From Hydrolagus colliei (taxonomy: Eukaryota), in NCBI GenBank assembly GCA_035084275.1, contig CM068769.1, positions 682,001 through 746,000 of the forward strand: a DNA stretch of 64,000 nucleotides, in the 5' to 3' direction. Position numbers and translations under genes: made by a program. Below, piece by piece: positions 48,925 through 61,018 of this stretch; the stretch's first letter is position 1, and every line of letters starts with the position of its first letter. The notes beneath the pieces are model-generated. The model did no database searches. It saw only the letters and a list, made by a program, of their open reading frames with translations, and was not told the DNA's origin.

Positions 48925-51900
48925 TTCATAGATTCATAGAATTTTACGGCACAAAATGAGGCCATTCGGCCCATCTAGTCTGTGCCGGCTCTTTGAAAAG
49001 AGCGATTTAATCCAACTGCCCTGCCCGCTCCCCATAGCCTAATAGACCTGTTCTCCCTAAACAAGAATCTAATTCCCTTTTAAAAGTAGTTATCGAATCA
49101 GTCTCCACCACCTTTTCAGGCAATGCATTCCAGATTCGAACAACTCGCTGAGTGAAAAAAATTATCCTCAGCTCCCCTCTACTTCGCCTTGAAACTATTT
49201 GAAATCTCGCCCAGGAGAGGAAATAGTTTTTCTCTCTTTGTCCTGTCGAAACCCCTCATGAGTTTATAAGCCTCTATTAGGTCTCCCCTCAATCTTCTCT
49301 GCTCCAGAGAGAATAATCCTAGCCTATCTAGCCTCTCCTCATAGCTGAAGTCCCTCAATCCTGGCACCATCCTAGTAAATCTTCTCTGTACCCTTTCCAA
49401 TGTCTTCACATTCTTTCTGTAATGTGGTGACCAGAATTGAACACAGTATTCCAGCTGAGGCCTCACCAAAGTCTTATAGAGGTTAGTCAACAGTTCCTGA
49501 CTTTTGTACTCTATACCCCTATTTATAAAGCCTAGAATCCCATATGCCTTCGTAACAGCCTTGTCTACCTATCCTTCAACGAGTCACTAACACAAATCCC
49601 CAGGTCTCTCTGTTCCTTCACACCATTTAAAATTTTACTATCTAGCCATCTCAGGGATCGTCCGGGCGGGCGGCGAGGACAGGGAGTGGTTGCTGGACGA
49701 TTGTTGGACGACTGTTGGTTATTGTTTGACGCTGTTTTTGTTGTTAATATTATTGCTTTAGTTGTTTATTATTGTTTATTAATGTTGTTTGATTCCCCCA
49801 CCCCTGCCCCCATCTTCTTCTTCCCTCACTCCCTTTCCCCACTTTCTCTCCTCCCTTCTCCCCTTCCCTCCCTCTTCCCTCTTCCTGATCTTGCCCCCAC
49901 CCATCTTTCCCTCCCTCTCTTCCTTGCCCCCCTTTCTCCCCCCTCTTTCTCCCTAACCCTAACCCATTGCACCTTTCCCTCCCTCTCCGCACTTACCCTC
50001 TTTTCCCCCTTTCTCCCCTGGCCCCATTTTCGCGATTGTTTGTAGGGACACTGCTGTGCGCAATTTGGCTGCCGCGTTTCCCCCACAAGTATACAGTCGA
50101 CTTTCCTGCCTTTCTTCCCCCTGCCTCGTCCCCTCCCCTTTTGCTTCTTTACCCCCTTTTGCCCCTAGTCCCAGTTCCGTGACTGATTGTGGGACACTGC
50201 TGTGCGCAATTTGGCTGCCGCGTTTCGCCCACTAATATACAGTTACTTTTCCTACTATTCTTCATCCTGCCCTGATCCCTCCCACCCTGCTCTTGTCTTA
50301 CCTGAATGTACAGCGCCTTTGGATGTCCACTCGACGTGAAAGGCGCTATATAACTGTAAGCTTTGTTGTTGTTATATTTCCTCCCTTCATTTCTTCTCTC
50401 AAAATGCATCACCTCACACTTGTCTGCATTAAACTTCATCTGCCATGTGTTTACCACACTTTACCAATTTGTCTATATCCTCTTGCGGACGGCTACTATG
50501 CTCCTCACTATTTACTATTCTCCCTAACTTAGTGTCATCTGCAAACTTGGAAACTGTACTCCGTACACCCAAGTCCAGATCATTGATGTAGATTACAAAC
50601 AGCAATGGTCCCAAAACTGATCCCTGTTGCACGCCACTGCTCACTTCCCTCCAGTCTGAAAAACAGCCGCTCACTACAACTCTCTGCGTTCTGTCTCGCA
50701 GCCAGTTGTGGATCCACGCTGCCACTGTCCCTTTTACGGCATGGGCCTTTAATTTCCTAATAAGTCTCTCATGTGGCACTTTGTAAAATGCCTTTTGAAA
50801 GTCCATGTAAACTACATCAACTGCGCTACCATTATCCACCCATTCCGTTAGCTCATCAAAAAATTCTATCAAATTTGTAAGGCAAGATTTGCCTTTAACA
50901 AATCCATGTTGACTGTCCTTTATTAGCCTATATCGTTCTAAGTGAAGATCTACCTTGTTCCTGATTGTGGACTCTAGAAGTTTGCCCACTACCGACGTTA
51001 GACTGACTGGTCTGTAGTTACCAGGCTTGTCCTTCTGCCCCTGTTTATACAAGGGAGTAACATTAGCTATCCTCCAGTCCTCTGGCACGACCCCTGTGTC
51101 CAAGGAAGATTGAAAGATCGTGGCCAGAGTCCCTCCTATTTGCTCCCGTGCCTCCCTTAGTAACCTAGGTTGCATCCCTTCCGGACCAGGTGACTTATCC
51201 ACCTTGAGCGACGTCAAACTTTTTAGAACTTCCTCTCTGGTTATAATTATTCTATCCATTTCTCCTATCCTCTCCTCCAATAACATGGCATTGGCTGTAT
51301 CCTTTTATTTTATGAAGACAGAAGCGAAGTACTCATTCAGTACATCAGCCATGCCCTCTGCCTCCACAATGAGATTTCCTCCTAGGTCCCTAATTGGCCC
51401 CACCCTATCCTTGACCAACCTTTTTCTCTTAATATGTTGGTAAAAAACCTTAGGGTTCCCCTCAATCTTACTCGCTAATTGTTTTTCATGCAGTCTCTTT
51501 GCTCCTCTAACTTCCTTTTTTAGTTCTATCCTACACTTCCTATATTCTGCTTGGTTCCCTTCCGAATTTTGAGCATGACACTTATCATAAGTGTTTTTTG
51601 TTGTTTTATTTTGGCCCCGATTTCCGCAGTCATCCAGGGAGGTTTGGATGCCTTACATTTCACCTTTGTGGGGATGCTTTTGACCTGTGCCTGAACTATC
51701 TCCTCTTTGAACGCTGCCCAATGCTCGTTAGTTGTCTTACCTGCCAATTTTTCTTTCCAATCCACCTTGGCTAGGTCTCACCTCAACTCATTGAAATTGG
51801 CACTTTTCCAGTTGAGTGTCCTCACCTGTGATCGTTCTTTATCCCTTTCCATAATTATTCTGAATCTAACGATATTGTGGTCACTATTCCCTAGATGCTA

Positions 51901-53120
51901 CAGAAACCTGTTGAACTTGCCCTACCTCATTTCCCAAAACTAGATCTAGCAATACTTCTTTCCTCGTTGGACTGGAAACATACTGATCAAGAAAGTTGTC
52001 CTGCACACACTTCAGGAATTCTTCTCCCTCCTTGCCCTTTACTCTACTATTCTGCCAGTCTATGTTGGGATAGTTGAAGTCACCCATTATCACTACTCTA
52101 TTAGCTCTGCATTTCTCCGTGATATGCTTGCAGATCTGCTTGTCTATCTCCTCCACACTATTTGGTGGTCTATAGTATACTCCTAACAGTGTAACTGCAC
52201 CTTTTTTATTCCTCATTTCTAACCAGATATACTCGGTTTTTAGTCCTTTTTCCACCTCGTTCCTTTCTAAGGCAGTCACTGAGTCCTTAACTAAAATTGC
52301 TTCCCCGCCCGCTTTTCTCCCTTCTATATCCCTCCTGAATACATTATAACCAGGAATGTTCAACTCCCATTCCTACCCATGCTGGAGTCAAGTCTCTGTT
52401 ACTGCTATAACATCATATCGCCTCGCAGCAACCTGAGCCTGCAGCTCACCAATTTTATTTCTCAAACTTCGTGCATTTACATACATGCACTCTAAGGCAC
52501 AAATTATTTCCTCTGCACTGTTCTCCCGTCTTACCCTTACCCCTGTCCTCTTTGTTCCCCTCCCGTGTCTGAACAACTCATCAGTTTCCCACCCTCACCA
52601 CCCGGGATTAGTTTAAAGCCCCCCACACAAAACTCGACAACCTCACTGCAAGGAGATTGGTTCCAGCCCTGTTCAGGTGTAACCCATCCATTTTGTATAG
52701 GTTCCAACTACCCCAGAATTGGCCTTGGTGGAGTGTCAGGCTTTAGGATGAAACTATCTAAGAAGCTCTCCCCTTCCCTGATGCACCGCAATGTCTCCAC
52801 CTGATACTCCAGCTCAGCTATTCTAAGATGGAGCTTCCTCAGGTGCAGACATTTGCTGCAGATGAAGTCACCTTGGCTCTGGTTGCCCTCCATCAACTCC
52901 AACATCCCGCATTCCTCGCACATCACATGCCAGGCCATTATCTCGACGTACTTCCCTGGGATATATATAATCTGCACCTACTTCCTCCTCTGCACCTAAT
53001 TCCCACTCTCACCCAATTCCTTCTCACTCTGTCCTCGCCTCACTCTCTCACCCAATTCCTTCTCACTCTGTCCTCGCCTCACTCCGTCCGTAGCTCGCTC
53101 TGGCTCTCTGCTCGATGAGT
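48925..53120 (-). mobile_element. Near full-length CR1 LINE interrupted by a nested SINE (49648-50372)
   Basis: ORF1 N-terminal CxxC...CxxC (CEECG...CSKC) plus coiled coil at 52708-52977; ORF2 APE/RT fragments. CR1 sequence tatctagcc|tatatt resumes exactly across the insert. Tail at 48925. Confidence 0.93.
49648..50372 (+). mobile_element. Composite SINE nested in CR1
   Basis: GC-rich start, polypyrimidine tract, two tandem family cores (~50030, ~50185), L2-type end gtgaaaggcgctatataa plus (GTT)n. Confidence 0.75.
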
Positions 53121-54229
53121 TGATTTAGGAAACATGCAAGTTGTTTTTCAGGTAACCGAGTAACCATTGAATGCCGGATAAGTCGTACAACATTAATATT
53201 AATATTCCGCTCACACCAACACTCTCCTCCACAACAACACCTTCCATTCTGACTGATTCGCCGGAGCAACTCTCCGCCTCCCATGCCCTCCCATCCCGTG
53301 TCTCTCCCACGAATCCCCCCACCCCCACACCCGCATAACTCTCCTCTCTCCATAGCTCTCGCCTCTCCACATAACTACCACACTTCTAATAGCGCACCCC
53401 CCCCCCACACTCTCCCCCCCCCCCCCCCCCCCACTCTACACACTCCTCAATCTCGCAAAGAGGTTCAATCAATGAATCCGTTGCACCATTGAAGACTCAA
53501 ATTTGCTCTCCACCGAAAGGACGGAAAAGAAACTCAAGTTGTTTTACTTGTTCTTGTCGTTAAAGGCGCAATATATCACAACATATTTTGCCGTGAAGTA
53601 ACTTAACTGTGTATACATTGGGAAGCGTGACAGCCAGATAGCACTGTTCAAGTGCGGATGGGTTCCAGATATTCTTGTGAATGGAACCAACCACTAGAAC
53701 ACAGTACACTTCTTGCAGCATCCTTCACTATGTAAAATAGTCCAGCGGCGCTGGGCCATGAGGGATATTGGATTCCAGGCAAAAGTTGGCTTCTCAGTTG
53801 GGGTGGAGTGCTGGGGTGGTGCAGATGGAATGGTGACTAACTCCACGGTCAAGGAGTAGAATTATAACATGATAATCTCATTTTTCTGGAACATTTCACA
53901 TCGGGCAGAGTTCCCAGTTTGCTGGACAGTTAGTGTTTCGCACCAGAGTTTGGGCTCGGAAGCGGGAAGGTTGAATGGCAGTGGGAGTTGGAGGATGACG
54001 AGAAGCACAGTCGATATAGAGTGACTGGAGATGGGTCTTGAGGGAAGTGGAAGAGAGAGAGGTCGAGACAAACGGACAGCAATATAGAGCTCCATAGAGT
54101 GGGGTCGAAGAATCAGCCGACCATCAATGATTTCTTTAGTTTACTGGATCATTTAATCGATTCCCCGCGAGGCCTCCAGGCCTGACCAAGATTCCGCACA
54201 CTTTCAAACAAGATGTGCAAAATGAAAGC

Positions 54230-54268
54230 AGTTTCTGTTCGAGCCCTGCAGTGTAATCAACCACTTTG
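54230..54268 (-). other. Defective 23-RSS of V7
   Basis: Heptamer CAAAGTG (CAC lost), 23 nt, ACAGAAACT. Confidence 0.85.
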
Positions 54269-54583
54269 GTAAGACGAAAGGCACAGTGATACACTGCGCT
54301 CTCAGATACCAGCAGCTCAGAGATGGAAAAACTGGTGAAAGAACTAGATTCCTGCCGCTGAGCAGCGAAACGTTTTCCAAATCCTGTTTGTTTCACTAGA
54401 TCGCCATCACCAGAATGTATCTCCGGACTGTAAACCGTGGATGTTTGTCTGGGTAATATCTGTACCAGAAGAGATAGTAATTGGTTGCAGTAGTGGTGTC
54501 GGTACACACAAGATAGGCAGCATCTCCTTCTTTCGTAACCGCCGTGGCAGCTTTCTGACTGACATAATCAGCGTCACAGAATT
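54269..54583 (-). pseudogene. TCR V7 pseudogene (paralog of V8)
   Basis: FCDADYVSQKAATAVTKEGDAAYLVCTDTTTATNYYLFWYRYYPDKHPRFTVRR / frameshift near 54418 / HSGDGDLVKQTGFGKRF...SAVYHCAFRL. RSS broken; no intact leader found. Confidence 0.9.
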
Positions 54584-55019
54584 CTGGAATAAACCAGGAA
54601 AAGCACTGCGAAATATTATTCACCAAATTCACAGTTTTTTTTTATCAGCAGTGGAACAATAGTTAGCAATGCGTTTTATACATCGTGTTATAGCATTGTT
54701 GAGACTCATTAATGCGTTGTCCAGAATATGCAATCAAGTGATAAACTGTAGATTTTGTCGCCAGAACATGCCAGCCAGTTTTGCACATCAATGCTTCACA
54801 AAGACTTAGGGGATGAGTTACTAAACTATTATTGAAACATACATAAGGCATCATTACCTTCGGAAAATATATCTGCCTGTCTGGTAACCAAAGGATAAAA
54901 TCGAGATACACAACCTCCACAACCTCGCACCAACCCTACGTATGTTAACTCCTATCCCCTTACTCACCTGAACTCCCCCTCAATCCGCTCAGCAGGCTCT
55001 GGCCTGCTCCAACTACTCC

Positions 55020-55335
55020 AACCAAGGGACTGTTTCCCCTGGTAGGAGAATCTATAACCAGGGGTCAGTGTCTTAGAATTAAGGGTCAGCCTTTTAGAAC
55101 AGATTTGAGGAAACATTTCTTCACTTAGAGGTTAGTGAATTGATGGAAGGCTGTAGATGCTCAGTCCTTGAACATTTGCAAGGCTGAGACTGATAGATTT
55201 TTGAAAAATTGAGGGATTGGGGGAAATGGGTATAGGGCAGTTAATCAGAGATAGGTGAGAAGATCAGCCATGATCTTATTGAATGACGGAGTAGGCTCGA
55301 GGGGCTGAATCCTGCTCCTATTTGTTATGTTCTTA
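55020..55335 (+). mobile_element. CR1 3' fragment, different subfamily
   Basis: gatcagccatgatcttattgaatgacggagtaggctcgaggggctgaat...cctatttg(ttatgttc)n end. Confidence 0.7.
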
Positions 55336-56028
55336 TGTTCAAACCTATCTGCACCACCGTTGACGGCCGAATCTTCAGCCGCTTTGCCCCCAAAATCTGG
55401 AACTCTGTCCTACAGTCCTCCACGTCGCCCACGCTCCGGCCTCCTTGAAGTCTAGCCTCAAGACTCTCCACTTCGACAGCAACTGAACAGCCTCCCCTTC
55501 CAGCCCACCTCCGAGTCCTCAACATGGGTTTGAAACTGTAACTGTCTAGCGCCTTAAGACACCCTGCTGACGGTAAAGGAGCTATAAAAGTGCAATTTTG
55601 GTAGGGTTGCTGTTGTTTGTTGCACAGTTTCTAAAATGCGGGATAGACGGCTGTTTCGTTGTGGAAGACTGTTGAGCTAGAGGTGAAGCTTTTGAGGGGT
55701 CTCCAGTACACTACTGCAAGTCTTGCTTGTTACACTATTGACTATTGGTCCAACGAAATAATAAATGGAAAGAAACATCGTATTTGCAAACTGATATGAG
55801 TGAATTGCATCTAGATGTGTAGAGCTCAACTCGTTCAATAATTGCTGTCTGCGTTTATTGAACGGATAATGAGGTGAGGGTTTAGCTGACAATCTGATGG
55901 GAGGGGAATGTGGTTTCCTCTGAGTCTGTCTGCTGAAGTGTCTGCTGCCCGCTGGGCCTCAAACTCTGACCAAGATTCCGCACACGCTTCAAACACACGG
56001 AATCGTCCCCTATGTATAAAATGAAGAC

Positions 56029-56067
56029 AGTTTTTGTACGAGCTCTGCAGTGAAGTCAACCACAGTG
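56029..56067 (-). other. 23-RSS of V8
   Basis: CACTGTG, 23 nt, ACAAAAACT. Confidence 0.88.
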
Positions 56068-56847
56068 GTGCGCCTAAAGGCACAGTAATACACTGCGCTG
56101 TCAGATACCAGCAGCTCAGAGATGGATAACATGATGGAAGAACTAGATTTCTGTAGGTGCGCAGAGAAACGGTTTCCAAATCCAGTGCCTTTGACTGGAT
56201 CATTAGTCCAAGATTTACTCAGGACTATAAACTCTGGGCGTTTGTCTGGGTACTGTCTGTACCAGTAGAGATAGTAACTGCTAGCAGTCGTGGGGTGTGT
56301 GCAAACCAAATCGACAATATCTCCTTCTTGCTTAATCTCGGTAGCTTTCTGGTTGACAGAATCGGCGTCACAGAGTTCTGCAATATAGCAAGGAAATAAC
56401 AGCTAAACATTCATAGAATCATAGAATCTTATGGCACAATGGGAGGCCATTCGGCCAATCGAGTCTGTGCCGGCTCTTTGAAGAGAGCAATTCTATCACA
56501 ATCCCCAGCTCTCTCTCCCGATAACTGTACAAAACTGTCCTCCACAAATAAACGTCTCCATCTCTTATAAAATATGCATCAGCCTCTCCCACCATTTCAG
56601 GCAATGCATTCAAGATCCCAACAACGGGATGAATGAAAAAACGTTTCCTCAACTTCCCTCTAATTCTTTAGAAACTATTAGAGCATCTCGATTGCGGAAT
56701 GATTTCTCTGTCCACTCAGCTACAGGTCTCCCTCCAACAATTGTTGTTGAAATGGAGCTGACAATCAGCAGCGACACTGAATTAGCTCAAGACGACCTCA
56801 CCTGCTGTAAAGGTTTCCAGCACTAGACAGAAAACAAACAGCCTCAT
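56068..56847 (-). CDS. TCR alpha/delta V segment V8; leader 56802-56847, V exon 56068-56377
   Basis: Leader MRLFVFCLVLETFTA+G is 46 nt with donor GTGAGG. V exon LCDADSVNQKATEIKQEGDIVDLVCTHPTTASSYYLYWYRQYP...DSAVYYCAFRR is intact; CR1 3' fragment in the intron. Confidence 0.93.
56408..56690 (-). mobile_element. CR1 3' fragment in the V8 intron
   Basis: catagaatcatagaatc tail and CR1 3' UTR (gtgccggctctttgaa). Confidence 0.8.
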
Positions 56848-56869
56848 TGCTCCTTCTCAGCCTTTGCGG

Positions 56870-56995
56870 TTGTGTCTGTGACATCAGTTTGCTGGGAACC
56901 ATCCGCAATATTCGTCACTGGCAAATCCCACAGTCCCACGTCACATCATTGTCATCTAACACTTGCTTCAACAATAGGAACCGATTGGTTTAACA
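56870..56995 (-). promoter_or_regulatory. V8 promoter elements
   Basis: CRE-like TGACATCA (~56879) and GTGACGTG (~56936), CCAAT (~56984-56988), just upstream of the leader ATG. Confidence 0.5.
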
Positions 56996-57904
56996 CAGCG
57001 CAATACGCAATTGACTGTGTGTATGGCTGTGGGGGGGTGGAGAATTGGGGTGAGGGGGTGCTGGAGGGCAGGGAATCCTCATACACAGCTCCTGTTAACT
57101 CTATAATTAAACCGCAGCATATGGGATGGTCATAGTAAAAATACAACAGCGAAAACGTAAATTTATACACCGCTCTCTAATGCAGGATGGCATCTCAGAG
57201 CTCTTCTCAATGACAGATCCTGCGCCCGTGCGAGGGACTGGAGTCGAAAAGTAACCAAACGCTCGGTCAAAGAAACATCTTCATCTGATTCCCCAAATTA
57301 GTAAGAGAGGGAAGAGGTGAAGCGGTTCCTGGGACTCGAGGCGAAGCGGCTGACGGCACGGCCGCCGACGGTGGAGCGGATGATTTACGGGACAAGGAGG
57401 AGGCCAGAAACGTAGGAGTCAAGGCAACAGTTGCTGTGTTGGGGAGAGAGGTGGGTCAGAGAGGCAGGGGAGGTGGATGCAGAAGAGTGTAGTGACTTGC
57501 AAACTGGAGTGAGGATCTTGAAATCGATGCTCTCCGATACAGAGAGCGAGTGAAGTCTGGCAAGCACTGGGGTAATCTAAAGGAAATGCAAGAATTATTA
57601 TTTTACTATTATTACTATTATCATTATTACTATTATTAATCCCACACACAAGTGCCGTTTGAGTTGACGATCGAGATAATGCAGGGAGACTGGAGAGGGG
57701 CTGGCCAAAACAGAATGTTGGGTATATTTCTGACTTCCACTTCAAATTTCGCAAAGCAGTGTCTCACAAACAGTCCTTGAATCTGTTACCTAATTAATAA
57801 TTCGCTTCTCTACATATTGGCTTTCTTTTACACTTTAGTTTACCTAATTTTGAATGTAATATTATCACCGCCACAGGAATGTGCTCTGCCAATCGACTAA
57901 CAAA

Positions 57905-58205
57905 TATTGAGCCTGTAGCTCAATGGTAAGAGCATTAGCCTTACAAGTGAGAGACCTGTGTTCTTTTCAGGCTGGGCAAAAGCATGTGCAGTATACATTA
58001 TTGTACACACCTGAGAAAAATCCATTATAAAAAATGATCATTTCAATCCACGACTGTTTGGGGGACACTGCTTTGTGAAATGGGCCACAGAATATCTCCC
58101 ACAAATATACAGTCACTTAACAGTCTATACTGTAAAGTGCTTTATGACAACTGGATGTCGTGAAAAGCGCTACAGAAAATGCAAGAATTACTGTTATTTT
58201 CATTG
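57905..58205 (+). mobile_element. tRNA-headed SINE
   Basis: tagctcaatggtaagagcattagccttacaagtgag head, family core and tail. Confidence 0.7.
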
Positions 58206-60671
58206 TTAAATTGATTCCTCCTTGGTGCTAGTTAAACAGGGGTTTCTGCAGGAATTAAACTGACTCGTGGTTTCACCCACCCAGGAACCATATCCAGCTC
58301 TGCTCGGTTTCGAGGCTTGTGTTGTTATTATTTAGCTATAGAACTCCAGGGTATTTGCTGTACAACGCAGTATCGCGGCTTCATATTGATGTGAATGTTG
58401 CTATAAAGGTTTGTTGTATTGTATGATTATATAGCGCCATCTAGCTTCATTTCAGGCAAGTGTCAGTTGATGGGTTGTGTGATGATGATCTGATTTAGAT
58501 TTACCCATATATCCAATGGGACAATTAGTACACCATCAATATTCTTCTCGACATCTCCCTGTTGAACAAGTCCTTGCAAAAGCTTTCCACCACTTCGAGG
58601 TATATACACATATATCTCCCATCACAGGACATCCACAACCGCCCCGCCCCACACTCGCACCCGCAACACCCCCGCCACCCCCCACCAAGAGAAGCACCCA
58701 TCTCCCCAGCTCATACCCTAACTCCCTCCCTCTCCAAACCCTCCAATACTACTTACCATCAGTGGACAGGCATTCAGTCTCTCTCCTACCGCTCTCTTGA
58801 ATTACATCCCAGAGTCATTTCGCTACCCTTTCTCGCTTGACAAACTACGCCCGGTCTCAACACCCTCCTCTTCGATCTTGCCTGCTGCTGCCCTCCCAAC
58901 TCCCTCACATCCCACTCGAACTTTCTTTCCTACCCTTCCAAATCTCTCCCCTCCGCTTCCAACTCTCTGCCCCTCTCCTGCCAAATCTAGACTTTTCCTC
59001 TCCCAAATCTCTACCCCTCCATTCCCAACACTCTCCGTCGATGCCAGCAATCTACCTCCCGCCCAAATCTCTCCCTCTCCTCCCAACACTCTCCCCATCT
59101 TCCACAATCTCTCATTCCCCTTCCAACTCTCTCCCTTCGCTGCCAGCTGTCCACCACCGCATTTGGATGTACTCCCATCGTCAAATGCGCTATATCAATT
59201 TAATTTTGTCTTTGTCGTTGCATGACATGACAATGATAATAACATTACTGCTTCTGTTAGTTGGAGCACCATATCACGTATTTCATTTGAACCACAATAT
59301 AATATAGTATACTTGTGATTCACTACATTTTGTCTAGCAATGCGGCAACGAACAGACTACATTAGTGTTCCACAAGTAGTCTTGGATATGGTGACTAACG
59401 CTTTTGTAAGGGAATGACAAATCTTGCATTTGATGTAACGCTTTTCACGTCTAATCGACGACTCAAAGCGCTTCACAGAATATACAGTCAGGTGAATTGA
59501 CGACATCTTTGTGGGCGACACGCGGCAGCCACTTTTGAACAGTAGTGTCGCACAATTAGTCGTGGGTTGAAATGACCAATTTAATTATTGTGGTTGTTAA
59601 CTAGTTATTAAGTCTACCTGAAAAGAAATGCACAGTTTCACTACCAACAGGCGGCCAATTTATTCCTTGTTAAACAGAGTAATTTGGAAGATGGAAACAT
59701 GCCGAAAGTTTCTCCTTGACGGTTATCAAAATAGGTGTCCTCTCTACGGAATCTTTGTTCCACAAATATACATTCAATTCGTTTTATGGTGTGTAATATG
59801 GGAAGTGAGTCAAGTCGACGGTAAGATGTGAAACGCGCTACATCAAATGAAAGCATTATTCTTACATTATTATAACTTTGTCTCACATTCCATTCTACAC
59901 AGATGGAGCTTGACTTGTTCAGTTCAAGCGATATCAGTATTTGTTTCCGTTTAAATTATGTTTCACTCACAAAACATTAAACTCAACACAATATGTCGTT
60001 GCGTATAATCAACATCCATTGGGATTACTGGCTCGAAATTATTTCGCCAAAAAGCAAATCCATTGAGAAAGTGAGACATCTCAATAAAGCTGCACATGAT
60101 ACAGTGTGATATCTAAAAGAGGGACATCTAGAAGTTCTGGACAAGATATAGTGTGATGTGTGCTGACAGTTTCTGTCTGTCAACTCGATGTTAACTCACT
60201 TTACAGTATATTGACTGACACACGTTGTGACGCCCAGCAACATCAACAACAAAATTACAGTTGTAACAGTCTTTGACATCAGGAGAATGTCCCACGACGC
60301 TGCCTAGTTACTGCTACGGACCCGAGCTGAGGAGAGGTGGGGATGTGGGGAGGTGGGGGACTGTGGTGGAGGAGTTCCGATGGATCCATCGAAGAGGAGA
60401 GTCCTGGGGCGAGACTCGAGGAAGGCCAGGTAGATATGATAATGCGTCCATAACCGAAATTAAAGATGGTTATTGCTAATCTTTCTTCCACTCTTCTCCT
60501 ATACATTATATCACTTGTTCGCCTGTGGTTGGAAATGGAGTCACGTGTTTTCTCTGAGACTCACAGCAACAAATGTAGGAAACGTCAAATAGGTCAACCG
60601 TCAGGAATGCCATCTGTGCTGTGATTAAACCCATTAACTCCCTTTGCAGGTTTATGTTCGGTGGTGTAGAG

Positions 60672-60710
60672 TGTTTTTGTACGAGTCTCAGGCTGGTTCG
60701 CATCATTGTG
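60672..60710 (-). other. 23-RSS of V9
   Basis: CACAATG, 23 nt, ACAAAAACA. Confidence 0.9.
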
Positions 60711-61018
60711 TGGACAGAGAGCACAGTAATACACAGCGCTGTCAGACAGCTCCAGCTGGGAGATAGTTAAACTGCTGAGTTTTGTCGTGGTCTGGAGTTC
60801 CATAGAGAATCTTTTATCAATAAAATCTGCTCTGTATGCACTCCCACTGGAATACATCATGAGTATATACTGCGGTTGATTTCCCAACAGTTCTCGATAC
60901 CATTGCAAATAATAGCTGCTGAGAGATGTGTCATACTGACATTCCATGGTTACACTTTCTCTTTCTTTCTCGGTCACTGGAGCCGCCTTCTGTGTCACAG
61001 AGTCCCCTTGGGCCAGGC
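60711..61018 (-). CDS. TCR alpha/delta V segment V9 (V exon; leader uncertain)
   Basis: Acceptor tatttcag then LAQGDSVTQKAAPVTEKERESVTMECQYDTSLSSYYLQWYRELLG...DSAVYYCALCP, open. Best leader candidate 61791-61840 is out of phase. Confidence 0.88.
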
